Source: an uncultured Alphaproteobacteria bacterium
GTDB taxonomy: Bacteria > Pseudomonadota > Alphaproteobacteria > Rhizobiales > Xanthobacteraceae
Assembly (NCBI GenBank): GCA_963819385.1
Contig: CAWFVV010000006.1
Span: forward strand, 3,149,812 to 3,213,811
DNA: 64,000 bases
Reading direction: 5' to 3'
Shown here: piece by piece, positions 8,343-19,812 of the stretch
Numbering within the stretch: position 1 is the first letter of the stretch
Layout: every line of letters begins with the position of its first letter
The notes under the pieces: generated by a model
Told to the model about the DNA's origin: nothing
Database searches by the model: none
What the model saw: the letters and a program-made list of their open reading frames with translations, nothing else
Translations under genes and position numbers: made by a program

Positions 8343-10711
8343 GATTGCTTCCTTTCGGCCGCGCGGATCGCGGCCCAGACATTGGCGGGCGTCGCCGGCA
8401 TCTCGATGTGCTCGATGCCGTAGACCGATAGCGCATCGACGATGGCGTTGCCGATGACGGCGAGCGCCGGCGTGATGCCGGCTTCGCCGCCGCCCTTGAC
8501 CTTGAGCGGGTTGCCGGCGGTCGGGTCCTCGGCGAGCTCGACCGCGAGGCGCGGCACCATGTCGGCGCGCGGGATGGCGTAGTCCATGAAACTGCCGGCG
8601 AGCACGTGGCCGGCGTCGTCATGCGCGGTCGTCTCCATCAGGGCCTGGCCGGCGCCCTGCACGATGCCGCCATGCACCTGCCCGTGCAGCACCAGTGGAT
8701 TGATGGCGCGGCCCGCATCGTCGACCGAGGCGTAGCGGGTGAGCGCCACGGCGCCGGTTGCGGGATCGACCTCGACCTCGGCAACGGCGCAGCCGGTCGG
8801 ATAGGCCGGGATGCGGCCGTGGAACGTCTCGTCGCTTGTCAGCGGGCGCTTGAGGTCGGGCGGCAACGGCTCGCTCGCGATCGCGCGCGCGACATCGAAG
8901 ATGTCGAGGCGGCGATTTGACTGCGACGCATGGAAAAAGCCGTCGTCGAAGGCGACGTCGTCCGCCGTCACGCCGATGAGCGCTGCCGTCACGGCGCGCG
9001 CCTGCGCGAGGATCCGCTCCGACGTGCGCACCAGCAGCGTGCCGGCGAGCCGCATGGAGCGGTCCGAATGGCTGCCGCCGCCGGTCGGCACGATCGCGGT
9101 GTCGCCGGTGACGAGCCGCACCTGCTCGGGCGTGATGCCGAGCTGATCGGCGAGCACTTGCGCAAACGTCGTCTCGTGCCCCTGCCCGGTCGACTGGGTG
9201 CCGGCGGCCGCCTCGACCACGCCCTCCGGCTGGACGGTGACGCGCACGTATTCGACCGGGATGCCGACCGGCAACTCGACATAGTTCGAGAGGCCGATGC
9301 CCGCGAGCAAGCCGCGCTTCTTCGCGTCGCGCCGGCGCGCCGCGAAGCCTTTCCAGTCAGCAAGCTCGAGCGCGCGCGTCATGTTGCGGCGGAAGTCGCC
9401 ACTGTCATAGGTGAGCCCGGTCACCGAGCGATAGGGAAGCTGCTTGCGGCGGATCAGGTTGCGCCGGCGCAGCTCGGCGCGGTCGATGCCGAGCCGCCGC
9501 GCCGCGATATCGAGCAGCCGCTCGATCACGAAATGCGCCTCCGGGCGCCCGGCGCCGCGGAACGGCGCGGTCGGCACCGTATTGGTGAGGATACCGCGCA
9601 CGCGCAGATGGGCGAGCGGCACGTCGTAGACGGTCGGCATGACGCGATAGGCGTTGGAGAGCCACACATAGGAGACCGGATAGGCGCCTAGCCCGCCGAT
9701 GTGGTCGACACTCATCGCCAGGATCCGGCCCTCGCGATCGAGCGCAAGGCGCGCATGGGTGACGAGATCGCGGCCCTGGAAATCGCTGAGAAAGCACTCG
9801 GCGCGGTCGCCGAGCCATTTGACCGGGCGCCGCAAGGCGCGCGCCGCAAATGCGACGAGGATCGCCTCGCACTGCGGGTTGTTGCGCAAGCCGAAGCCGC
9901 CGCCGACATCGGACGTGACGGCGCGGACGTTTTCGGGCGCAAGCCCGAGCGAGTCGGCGACATTGGTCTTGAGCCGATTCGCGCCCTGGCTGCAGGCGAG
10001 CGCCGTGACGGTGCCGCTCGCCTCATCATAGGTGCCGATCGCGGCGCGCGGCTCCATCTGCGCGTTGACGATGCGCTGCGAGCGGAAATCATGCTCGACG
10101 ACAAGATGCGCCGCCGCGAAGGCGGCCGCGAGCGCCGCCGGATCGCCCAGCTCCTTGTCCATCGCGACATTGTGCGGCGCTTCATCGTGCAGGAGGGGCG
10201 CGCCGGACGCGATCGCGTCGCGCACGTCGGTGACGGCGGGCAGCGGCGCGTAGCGCACGGCGACGCGCTCGGCCGCCTCGCGCGCAAGCGCCGCGGTCTC
10301 GGCCACCACCATGGCGACCGGCTCGCCGACATAGCGGGCGCGATCGGTCGCGAGCATCGGCTGCGGCATCTCGAAGGCGGGCGGCCCGCGCCAGTCGTGG
10401 AACGACGGCTTCTTTACGTCATGGGCGTCGGCCGGCAGCGCAAAGTGCTTGATGCCGCGCCCGCCGGCGGCCGCATAGTCGGCGGCCACATAGACCGCGA
10501 GCACGCCCGCGAGCGCGCGCGCCGGCGCCACATCGACGCCGAGGATGCGCGCGTGCGGATGCGGCGAGCGCACGAAGGCGGCATGCGCCTGCCCGGGAAA
10601 CGCGACATCGTCGGTGTAGCGCCCCTGCCCGGTGACCAGGCGGAAGTCTTCCAGCCGCGGCATCGGCCGGCCGATATATGGCTCGCGCCGATGACCGCGA
10701 CTCTCTGGCAT
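8339..10711 (-). CDS. xanthine dehydrogenase family protein, molybdopterin-binding (large) subunit
   Basis: 790 aa with Ald_Xan_dh_C / molybdopterin-binding motifs (GGGFG, FRGAGRPE). No adjacent CoxS/CoxM-like genes. Confidence 0.8.
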   Translation of the reverse strand: MPESRGHRREPYIGRPMPRLEDFRLVTGQGRYTDDVAFPGQAHAAFVRSPHPHARILGVDVAPARALAGVLAVYVAADYAAAGGRGIKHFALPADAHDVKKPSFHDWRGPPAFEMPQPMLATDRARYVGEPVAMVVAETAALAREAAERVAVRYAPLPAVTDVRDAIASGAPLLHDEAPHNVAMDKELGDPAALAAAFAAAHLVVEHDFRSQRIVNAQMEPRAAIGTYDEASGTVTALACSQGANRLKTNVADSLGLAPENVRAVTSDVGGGFGLRNNPQCEAILVAFAARALRRPVKWLGDRAECFLSDFQGRDLVTHARLALDREGRILAMSVDHIGGLGAYPVSYVWLSNAYRVMPTVYDVPLAHLRVRGILTNTVPTAPFRGAGRPEAHFVIERLLDIAARRLGIDRAELRRRNLIRRKQLPYRSVTGLTYDSGDFRRNMTRALELADWKGFAARRRDAKKRGLLAGIGLSNYVELPVGIPVEYVRVTVQPEGVVEAAAGTQSTGQGHETTFAQVLADQLGITPEQVRLVTGDTAIVPTGGGSHSDRSMRLAGTLLVRTSERILAQARAVTAALIGVTADDVAFDDGFFHASQSNRRLDIFDVARAIASEPLPPDLKRPLTSDETFHGRIPAYPTGCAVAEVEVDPATGAVALTRYASVDDAGRAINPLVLHGQVHGGIVQGAGQALMETTAHDDAGHVLAGSFMDYAIPRADMVPRLAVELAEDPTAGNPLKVKGGGEAGITPALAVIGNAIVDALSVYGIEHIEMPATPANVWAAIRAAERKQS

Positions 10712-10863
10712 CGATCCGGAGATCTCCGTTGCGACCGGCTAAAGCGCGATGACCATTCTTCGAATCGTCATCGCGCTTTGGCTTGTTTTTTGAGCATGAT
10801 CTTTTCCGAAAACCGGCATCCACCCCGGATCACGTCCGGGGCAAGCTGTTTCGGGATCATGCT

Positions 10864-12211
10864 CTAGATGTTCTCCGGCAGCGGCTTGCCGCGCGTCTCC
10901 GGCAACGCCAGCGTCGCGAGGAAGCCGACCACGTAGATCACGCTGATCCACACGGCCGCGGGACCGATGCCGCCGAACTTGGCGATCAGCACCGGCGCGA
11001 ACAGCGGACCCAGGAACGCGATGAAGCGCGGCATGTTGAACGTGAAGGCCAGCGCGGTCGCGCGCACGCGCGTCGGGAAGAGCTCGGGCAGCCAGACCGG
11101 CATCCAGGAATACTGCCCGAGCGTGAAGAGGCCGTTCAGGCCGGCGACGACGAGCAGCAGCGTGAGGTCGTGCGTCCACAGGAACAGGACGGGCGTCATC
11201 ACCAGCGATACGGCAAAGAATATCAGCGCGACCGGCTTGCGGCCGTAGATGTCGGCCAGGAAGCCGAGGCCGATGTAGCCGATGATGGCGCCGACATTGT
11301 AGGTCATGCCCGCGTAAGCCTGCCAGGACTGTGCCGGCAGGCTCGCCTTGGCGGCGACGATGCCGATATAGATCGGCACGAAGGTCGAAATGCCCCACCA
11401 CGCCAGCGTGGTGGTGAGCGACATCAGGAACGTGATCATCAGGCGCACGCGCACCTTCGGATCGGCGAAGAGCTCGTGCATGGTGAAGCGGGTCAGCGCG
11501 TGATCGGCGGCGTCGAGCGTCTGGCCGCTGCGCTTGCGCGCAGTCGCGGCCTGGCGGCGCTTGTTGCGTCTCTTCCCAGACCGGCGATTCAGGAATGCCG
11601 CGCCGGATCCAGAGCGTGAAGAACGCCGGAAGGACGCCGATCATGAACATGTAGCGCCAAGCGTCGGGCCCGTGCGAGCCGACGAAATACCAGACGAGCG
11701 ACGCGGTGAAGAAACCGATGCCGAGCCCGCATTGCATCAGGCCGGCGCCGCGCCCGCGCGCCTTGTCGGGCCACAGCTCGGCCGTGATCGAGGCGCCGGT
11801 CGCCCATTCGGAGCCGATCGCGACGCCGACCAGGAAGCGCAGCACCGCGAACGACATCCAGCTCCACGCGAAGGCGCTCAAGCCCGTCATCAGCGCGTAG
11901 GCAAGGATCGCGAGCATCATGGTGCGCTTGCGGCCGATGTAGTCGGCCAGCACGCCGCCGATCAGGCCGCCGACGCCCCAGCCGAGCAGCGTGGTCGCGA
12001 TGACGATGCCGAAATAGGACCTGATCTGCGGGTGGAGGCTCGGGTCGAGCAGCTGGTGCAGCGCGGTGTCGAGCGTAAGGATGACCGCGTAGACCTCGTA
12101 GCCATCGAACAGCCAGCCCAGGTTGCTGGCGAGCAGCGTGTTCCACTGGTTGCGGCCGAGCGAGCGGTACCACGGCGCGGACGGCGATGCGGCGGCGGCA
12201 TTGGCGGACAT
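10864..12211 (-). pseudogene. MFS transporter, disrupted by a frameshift (~11520-11600)
   Basis: The N-terminal half (12211 down to ~11560) and C-terminal half (11481-10864) are both good MFS sequence but in different frames. The junction is the central cytoplasmic loop. Confidence 0.6.
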
Positions 12212-12341
12212 CTTGACGATCCTCCCCTACGGCAGTTTCTGTCGTTGCGGCGCAGATTAGCAGAATGCCTGCGCGAGGCCACCAGGCGCGGTGACGCGGC
12301 GTTTGGCGCGCCGCGCGGGGCGTGCGATGGTCCCGCCCCCG

Positions 12342-12445
12342 TCATTGCGAGGTGGCCACAGGCCGCCGCAGCAAACCCGATCGGCGAATTCAGATTTGCC
12401 TGCCAGCGATTGCTTCGTCGCCTTCGGCTCCTCGCAATGACGTTA
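12342..12445. repeat. REP-like repeat, family D (gtcattgcgagg...cctcgcaatgac)
   Basis: Inverted arms gtcattgcgagg / cctcgcaatgac. Copies also at 13683-13790 and 37378-37475. Confidence 0.75.
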
Positions 12446-12476
12446 TGGGTGAATCGGCGACAGGGCCAACAGGGCT

Positions 12477-13679
12477 ATGCGGCGCAAACATAACCGGGTG
12501 ATCGTGGCGGGCGGCGGGCCGGTCGGATCGGTCGCGGCGCTGCTGCTTGCCCGCGCCGGCATTCCGGTGACCGTGATCGAGCGCGCGCAGGATGTGGTGC
12601 GCGACTATCGCGCCTCGACGTTTCATCCGCCGACGCTCGATCTTTTGGAGGAGTCCGGCATCACGGCCGCCCTGGTCGCGATGGGGCTCGCGTGCCCGAC
12701 CGTGCAGATCCGCGACCGCGAGACCGGCAAAGTCGCGGAGTTCGACATGACGCGGCTCAAGAACGAGACGGCGCATCCCTATCGGCTGCAATGCGAGCAG
12801 TTCAAGCTGGTGGGCTTCGTCTATCGGGAGCTGGCGAAGATCCCAGGCATCGACCTGCGCCTCGGCCACGAGGTGGCGGCGATCACGCAGGACGACGACG
12901 GCGTCACGGTCACGGCCGAGCATGACGGCGCGCCGGTCGCGGTGCACGGCGATATCGTGATCGGCTGCGACGGCGGGCGCAGCACGGTGCGCAAGCTGAT
13001 GGAGATTCCGTTTCCGGGGCTGACCTATCCGGAGCATTTTTTGATCGCGGGCACGCGCTTCGATTTCCGCTCCCGCATGCCGGACATCGCGTCGGTGAAC
13101 TACACGGCCGATCCGGTGCGCTGGTTCATGCTGCTGCAGATCCCCGACATGTGGCGCATCCTCGTGCCGGTGGCGCCGGAGATCTCCGCCGACGACGCCG
13201 TGTCGGACGAGAGCCTGCAGTCGAGCCTGCAGAACATCTGCCCGCGGCGCGACGATTACGAGATCGTGGTGCGGGCGATCTATCGGGTGCATCAGCGCGT
13301 CGCCGACACCTATCGGCGCGGCCGCGTCTTCCTCGCGGGTGATGCCGCGCACGTCAACAATCCGCTCGGCGGCATGGGGCTCAACGGCGGGCTGCACGAC
13401 GTGATCAGCCTGACCGACCGGCTGATCGCGTGGTGGCACGGCCGCGCCGACGAGACGATCCTCGACGGCTACGAGCCGCAGCGCCGGCCCGAGGCGATCA
13501 ACGCCATCCACGCGATCACGGCGCGCAACAAGAAGCTGCTGGAGGAGCGCGATCCGCTGGTGCGGGCACGCAACCTCGACGACATCCGCAAGACCGCCGC
13601 GGACCCCGAGCGCAGCTACCAGTACCTGCTCAATTCGGCGATGATTTCCTCATTGCGGCGGTCGGGGATGATCCGGTAA
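12477..13679 (+). CDS. FAD-dependent aromatic-ring monooxygenase (PHBH/UbiH-like)
   Basis: GxGxxG VIVAGGGPVGSVAALLLA, DG motif CDGGRS, GD motif FLAGDAAH. Confidence 0.8.
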   Translation: MRRKHNRVIVAGGGPVGSVAALLLARAGIPVTVIERAQDVVRDYRASTFHPPTLDLLEESGITAALVAMGLACPTVQIRDRETGKVAEFDMTRLKNETAHPYRLQCEQFKLVGFVYRELAKIPGIDLRLGHEVAAITQDDDGVTVTAEHDGAPVAVHGDIVIGCDGGRSTVRKLMEIPFPGLTYPEHFLIAGTRFDFRSRMPDIASVNYTADPVRWFMLLQIPDMWRILVPVAPEISADDAVSDESLQSSLQNICPRRDDYEIVVRAIYRVHQRVADTYRRGRVFLAGDAAHVNNPLGGMGLNGGLHDVISLTDRLIAWWHGRADETILDGYEPQRRPEAINAIHAITARNKKLLEERDPLVRARNLDDIRKTAADPERSYQYLLNSAMISSLRRSGMIR

Positions 13680-13682
13680 ACC

Positions 13683-13790
13683 GCTGCACCGAATGTCATT
13701 GCGAGGCGTGCGCAGCACGCCGAAGCAATCGCGTTCCGCATGGCCAGATTGCTTCGTCGGCCTTCGGCCTCCTCGCAATGACATGCATCA
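13683..13790. repeat. REP-like repeat, family D
   Basis: gtcattgcgaggcg...cctcgcaatgac. Confidence 0.75.
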
Positions 13791-13817
13791 AGCACTCAAC
13801 CCTCACGGACATCCCTC

Positions 13818-16151
13818 ATGGACGCGCACACCACCGACCATCACCATGGCCCGACCATCCGGGTCGAGGACGACACCTTGGTGCGTGGCCACGGGCGGTT
13901 CGTCGATGACGACAATTCCGCGAACCACGCCTACGGATTCTTCCTGCGCTCGCCGCACGCCTTCGCGCGCATCACGCGGATCGATACGAGCGAGGCGCGC
14001 GAGGCGCCGGGCGTGCTGGCGGTGCTCACCGCCGCCGACATGAAGGCGGCGGGCGTCGGCAACGTATCGGCGCATCCGCCGCTGCCGGGACGCGGCGGCG
14101 CCAAGCTCGTGGTGCCGTTCCGTCCGGCGCTCGCCGAGGAGCGCGCGATGCATGTCGGACAGGCGGTCGCGCTGGTGGTCGCGAGCACGCCGGCGGCCGC
14201 GCAGGACGCCGCCGAGAAGATCGCGATCGACTACGAGGAGATGGAGCCGATCGTGGAGGCGGCGGCGGCCGTGAAGCCGGGCGCGACGCAGCTCTGGCCG
14301 GAGGCGGCCGGCAACATCGCGATCGACTGGGTCGGCCTCGCCAAGGACCCGGACGCCAACGCGCGCGAGGTCGACGCCATCATCAAATCGGCCGCGCATG
14401 TGGCGCGGCTCACCCAGTTCAACCAGCGTATCTTCCCGGCCACCATGGAGACGCGCGGCGCGACCGCGCACTACGACAAGGCGAGCGACAGCTACACGCT
14501 GCGCTGCTGCTCGCAGAGCGCCCAGGTGATGCGCGACGGCGTCGCGCCGATCATGGGCCTCAAGCGCGAGCAGCTGCGCGTCATCACCGAGGACGTGGGC
14601 GGCGCGTTCGGGCTCAAGACCGGGCCCTATCCGGAATATCCGGCGCTGCTGGCCGCCGCCAAGCACGTCGGCCGGCCGGTGCACTGGATGTCGACGCGCG
14701 CCGAAGCGTGCCTCTCGGACAACCAGGCGCGCGACATGCTGACCGAAGGCGAGCTCGCGCTCGACGAGAAGGGCAAGTTCCTGGCGTTGCGCGTGCGCAA
14801 CCTGGTCAATCTCGGCGCCTTCCTGGGCCCGGTGGGCGCGCATCTCGCGACCAACAATTTCACCCGCTGCTTTCCGGCCATGTACCGGATCACGGCGCTC
14901 GACATCCAGGTGCGCTGCGCCTTCACCAACACGATCCCGACCGCGCCGTTCCGCGGCGCCGGCCGGCCGGAGGCGAATTACATTCTCGAGCGCCTGGTCG
15001 ACGAGGCGGCGCGCCTCACCGGCATCGACCGCGACAAGATCCGCCGACGGAACCTGATCGCGCCGAAGGAGATCCCGTTCAAGACCGCGGTCGGAACGAC
15101 CTACGACAGCGGCGATTTTCCCACCGTGTTCGACAAGGCGATGACGCTCGCCGATTACGCCGGCTTCGCCAAGCGCCGGCGCGAGGCGGCAAAGCGCGGC
15201 AAGCGGCTCGGCTTCGGCATTTCGTGCCTGCTCGAGCACTCGGGCGGCACACCGACCGAGAGCGCGGCGCTCAACTTCACGGACGACGGCGCCTTGATGG
15301 TGGTGCTCGGCGTGCATTCGACCGGCCAAGGGCACGCGACCGTCTACAAGCGGCTCGCCGCCGAGCGGCTCGGCATTCCGGCGGAGCGCGTGTTCGTGCG
15401 CCAGGGCGATTCGGCGCTCGGCGTCGGCAACGGCGCCTCGGTCGGCTCGCGCTCGACCATGACGGCCGGTACCGCGCTGGTGCGCACGGCCGAGACGCTG
15501 ATCGAGAAGGGCCGCAAGATCGCCGCCAATGTGCTCGAGGCGGGCGAGCAGGACATCGTCTATCGCGACGGCGCGTTCGTCGTGACCGGTACCGACCGGC
15601 GCGTCGGCCTGTTCGAGCTCGCGCACGAGGCGGCCGCGCGCAAGAAACGCGGCGAGATCGAGGAAAGCCTCGACACCCGGCAGACCGCCGACACCCCGCA
15701 GACTTTTCCCAACGGCTGCCATATCGCCGAGGTCGAGGTCGATCCGGCGACCGGCGCGACGCAGGTCCTGAGCTACACGGCGGTCGACGACGCCGGCAAC
15801 ATCATGGATCACACGCTGATCGAAGGGCAGGTGCACGGCGCCGTCGCGCAAGGCCTCGGCCAGGCGCTGTTCGAGCACGCGGTCTACGACCCCGACAACG
15901 GCCAGCTCGTGAGCGGCTCGTTCATGGACTACTGCATGCCGCGCGCGACCGACATGCCGGCCTTCCGCATCGCCGACGTGATCGTGCCGGCGACCACCAA
16001 CCCGCTCGGCGTCAAGGGCGCGGGCGAAGCCGGCACCACCGGCTCGCTCGCCGCCATCATGAATGCGATCGCCGACGCAGTGCCGGCCGCCGCGCATCTC
16101 GACATGCCGGCGACGGCCGAGAAGGTGTGGAAGGCGTGCCAGGGCGAGTAG
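13818..16151 (+). CDS. xanthine dehydrogenase family protein, molybdopterin-binding (large) subunit
   Basis: 777 aa, paralogue of the 8339-10711 protein (VGGAFGLK, PFRGAGRPEA). No small/medium subunit genes adjacent. Confidence 0.8.
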   Translation: MDAHTTDHHHGPTIRVEDDTLVRGHGRFVDDDNSANHAYGFFLRSPHAFARITRIDTSEAREAPGVLAVLTAADMKAAGVGNVSAHPPLPGRGGAKLVVPFRPALAEERAMHVGQAVALVVASTPAAAQDAAEKIAIDYEEMEPIVEAAAAVKPGATQLWPEAAGNIAIDWVGLAKDPDANAREVDAIIKSAAHVARLTQFNQRIFPATMETRGATAHYDKASDSYTLRCCSQSAQVMRDGVAPIMGLKREQLRVITEDVGGAFGLKTGPYPEYPALLAAAKHVGRPVHWMSTRAEACLSDNQARDMLTEGELALDEKGKFLALRVRNLVNLGAFLGPVGAHLATNNFTRCFPAMYRITALDIQVRCAFTNTIPTAPFRGAGRPEANYILERLVDEAARLTGIDRDKIRRRNLIAPKEIPFKTAVGTTYDSGDFPTVFDKAMTLADYAGFAKRRREAAKRGKRLGFGISCLLEHSGGTPTESAALNFTDDGALMVVLGVHSTGQGHATVYKRLAAERLGIPAERVFVRQGDSALGVGNGASVGSRSTMTAGTALVRTAETLIEKGRKIAANVLEAGEQDIVYRDGAFVVTGTDRRVGLFELAHEAAARKKRGEIEESLDTRQTADTPQTFPNGCHIAEVEVDPATGATQVLSYTAVDDAGNIMDHTLIEGQVHGAVAQGLGQALFEHAVYDPDNGQLVSGSFMDYCMPRATDMPAFRIADVIVPATTNPLGVKGAGEAGTTGSLAAIMNAIADAVPAAAHLDMPATAEKVWKACQGE

Positions 16152-16160
16152 CCAGGAGAC

Positions 16161-16289
16161 GTAGGGTGGGTAACCGCGTCTTCGCGGTTGCCCACGCGGT
16201 CTGATCGCACCGGTCATGCGCGTGGGCGAAATCGCCACGCGAGGACCGTGCTGGTTGAGAGCAATCTGGCGCGATTTCGCCCACCCTAC
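16161..16289. repeat. REP-like repeat, family A (long variant)
   Basis: gtagggtgggtaaccgcg...cgcccaccctac with internal secondary palindromes. Confidence 0.7.
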
Positions 16290-16358
16290 GGCGCTGCTGG
16301 ATAGTGCCCCACCGGGAAATGTTGTGACGGCGGACATTTCCCGGCAATATCCGCCGGC

Positions 16359-17197
<839 letters not shown>

Positions 17198-17201
<4 letters not shown>

Positions 17202-18001
17202 CCGTGCAGATCGCCGCGGCGCCGCCGCGCCCATCACGCGCGCTGTCGCTGCGCGACCGCGACCGCATCCTCAGCATCGTGTCGCCGATCGGACTGCTGC
17301 TGATCTGGGAGATCGCGGCGCGCCTCGGCGCCATCGACACGCGCTTCTTTCCGGCGCCGTCGAGCATCCTGGCGCTGCTCTTCGAGATGGTGAAGTCGGG
17401 CGAGCTGTGGGTGCATACCTGGGCAAGCCTGCAGCGCCTGTTCTGGGGCATCATCCTGGGCGGCATCCCGGCGCTGGTGCTCGGCATCGTGATGGGGCTC
17501 AACCGCACGATCCGCGCGCTGGTCGATCCGATCATCGCGGCGACCTATCCGATCCCGAAGAGCTCGATCCTGCCGCTGGCGCTGCTGATCTTCGGGCTCG
17601 GCGAGTCGTCGAAGATCTTCATGGTGGCGATCGGCGTGTTCTTCCCGGTCGCGATCAACGCCACCACGGGCGTGCGCGAGATCAACAAGATTTATCTCGA
17701 CGTCGGCCGCAACTACAAAGCCGACCGCTGGAACATGTTCTGGACCATCGCGCTGCCGGGCGCGCTGCCGGTGATCATGACCGGGTTCAAGCTCGGCATC
17801 GGCATTGGGCTCATCTTGATCGCCATCGCCGAGATGATCGGTGCCAAGAGCGGGCTCGGGTACCTCATCTGGAGCGCATGGGAGACGTTCGATGTCGAGC
17901 AGATGTATGTCGGCCTGTTCGTGATCGCGCTCATCGGCTTCACGCTCACGGTCGCGCTCAACGAGCTGGAGCGACTTATCATCCCGTGGAAGACCGCATG
18001 A
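17198..18001 (+). CDS. ABC transporter permease (NitT/TauT family)
   Basis: Six-TM BPD-transporter profile with the EAA-like loop. ATG overlaps the ATPase stop (ATGA). Confidence 0.8.
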
Positions 18002-18816
18002 GCGTCATCGCATCATCCCTCGACGAGGCGCTCGACGCCATCACGGACGGCTGCCTGCTGGCGGTGCCGCGCGAGGTCGCGGGCGTGCCGATGGAGGCGA
18101 CGCGCGCGCTGATCCGGCGCGGCGTCAAGCGCCTGCATCTCGTCGCGCTGCCGACCTCGACGCTGCAGGCCGATCTCCTGATCGGCGCCGGCGCGATCGA
18201 GACGCTGGAGACCTCGGCCGTGAGCCTCGGCGAGTTCGGCGCGGCGCCGCGCTTCACCGACGCCGTGCTCAACGGGCGCATCCGCATGCTCGACGCGACC
18301 TGCCCGGCGCTGCATGCGGCGTTCCAGGCCGGCGAGAAGGGCGTGCCGTTCATGCCGCTGCGCGGCATCCTCGGCTCCGACGTGCTGAAATTCCGCCCCG
18401 ACTGGCGCGTGATCGACAATCCGTTCGGCAATGCGGACCCGATCGTGCTGCTGCCGGCGATCAAGCCCGACGTTGCGCTTATCCACGCGCCGATGGCCGA
18501 TCGCGCCGGCAACGTATGGATCGGCCGCCAGCGCGAGCTCGCCACCATGGCGCATGCGGCGGCGAAGACCATCGTGACGGTGGAGAAGATCCACGACGGC
18601 GACCTCCTGGCCGACCCGGTGCTCGCCGCCGGCGTGCTGCCGGGCTTCTATGTGGAGCGGATCGCGGTCGCCGAGAACGGCTGCTGGCCGCTCGGGCTGC
18701 CGGACCACTATGCGGCGGATCTCGCGCATCTCGCGGCTTACGCGAAGCTGGCGGCGAGCGCGGAGGGGTTCGCGACGTATCTGGATGAGCATGTGTATGC
18801 GCGCAGAGCGGCGTAG
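17998..18816 (+). CDS. CoA-transferase subunit A (class I, glutaconate/3-oxoacid CoA-transferase-like)
   Basis: MSVIASSLDEALDAITDGCLLAV... Start overlaps the permease stop (ATGA). Pairs with the subunit B gene downstream. Confidence 0.7.
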   Translation: MSVIASSLDEALDAITDGCLLAVPREVAGVPMEATRALIRRGVKRLHLVALPTSTLQADLLIGAGAIETLETSAVSLGEFGAAPRFTDAVLNGRIRMLDATCPALHAAFQAGEKGVPFMPLRGILGSDVLKFRPDWRVIDNPFGNADPIVLLPAIKPDVALIHAPMADRAGNVWIGRQRELATMAHAAAKTIVTVEKIHDGDLLADPVLAAGVLPGFYVERIAVAENGCWPLGLPDHYAADLAHLAAYAKLAASAEGFATYLDEHVYARRAA

Positions 18817-19041
18817 TTTCTTGCCACACGCACGGCGCCTGCGCCCTCTCCCCCGCTTGCATCCGAAATCGGGCTTGCCCGATTTCGGCACTATTTGTTG
18901 GTCGAAGTCGGATACATCCGACTTCGACTGGAGAGCCAGAGAGGGGGAAGCCGCTTGCTCAGCATTCGCGGCTTCCCCCTCCCCACCCTCCCCCGCAAGC
19001 GGGGGAGGGGGTGCAGGCGCTGCGGCAAGCGGCTCGGAGCG

Positions 19042-19788
19042 ATGAGTTCGTATCGTCCCGAAGAGCTGCTCGCCGACGTCATCGCGCGGATGATCGGCGA
19101 CGTGCGGCATGTCGCGGTCGGCAATGCGTCGCCGATTCCGGCGACCGCGGCGCTGCTCTGCCGCGCGCGCGGCCACGGGCGGCCCTATGTGTCGCTGCTG
19201 CAGAGCCGCAAGCACAATTTCTTCACCGACGGCGGGCGCGAGCTGTTCGACTGCGCGGGCCAGGGGCGCGTCGACGTGTTCTTCCTCTCGGGCGGCGAGA
19301 TCGACGGCGAAGGCAATATCAACCTGGTGAGCATCGGCGAGCACGACCATCCGAAGGTGCGCTTTCCGGGCTCGTTCGGCTCGGCGCATCTCTACTACGT
19401 GGTGCCCAAGGTGATCCTCTTTCGCACCGAGCATTCGCGCCGCACGCTGGTGCCGCGGGTCGGCTTCATCAGCGCGCCGGGCGCGAGCCCCGACAACGTC
19501 TATCGGCCGGGTGGGCCGATCGGGCTCGTCACCAACCGGTGCGTCTTCGGCTTCGACAAGGCGCGCCGCCGGTTCCGGCTCGACAGCGTGCATGCGGGCC
19601 ACACGGTCGAGGAGGTCGTCGAGCATACGGGCTTCGACTTCGACCGGCCCGCATCGGTTCCGCAGACCGAACCGCCGTCGGCCGAATCGCTGCGGCTCAT
19701 GCGCGACGTGGTGGCGCCGGAACTCGCCGAGGTCTACCCGCAGTTCGCGGCCGCCGTGTTTGGGCAGACTGCCGCGCATTCGGCCTGA
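19042..19788 (+). CDS. CoA-transferase subunit B
   Basis: GNASPIPATAALL..., SGGEIDGEGNIN (catalytic Glu region). Confidence 0.7.
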   Translation: MSSYRPEELLADVIARMIGDVRHVAVGNASPIPATAALLCRARGHGRPYVSLLQSRKHNFFTDGGRELFDCAGQGRVDVFFLSGGEIDGEGNINLVSIGEHDHPKVRFPGSFGSAHLYYVVPKVILFRTEHSRRTLVPRVGFISAPGASPDNVYRPGGPIGLVTNRCVFGFDKARRRFRLDSVHAGHTVEEVVEHTGFDFDRPASVPQTEPPSAESLRLMRDVVAPELAEVYPQFAAAVFGQTAAHSA

Positions 19789-19812
19789 CGATTCGCCCCG
19801 ATTCGCGTTATC

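Noticed and set aside
6226-8622. 798-aa ORF (and similar 1144-aa 13803-17237, 1330-aa 18013-22005, 1111-aa 33212-36547, 736-aa 5352-7562 ORFs) rich in Arg/Ala/Gly
   Set aside because: They run antisense to, or out of frame with, well-supported genes. Their composition (RRRRAG...) is the standard artefact of open frames in ~65% GC DNA. No domain signatures.
10739-10863. Extension of the MFS ORF to 10739 as called in the six-frame track
   Set aside because: This is out-of-frame read-through caused by the frameshift. The C-terminal MFS half ends at 10864 in the other frame.
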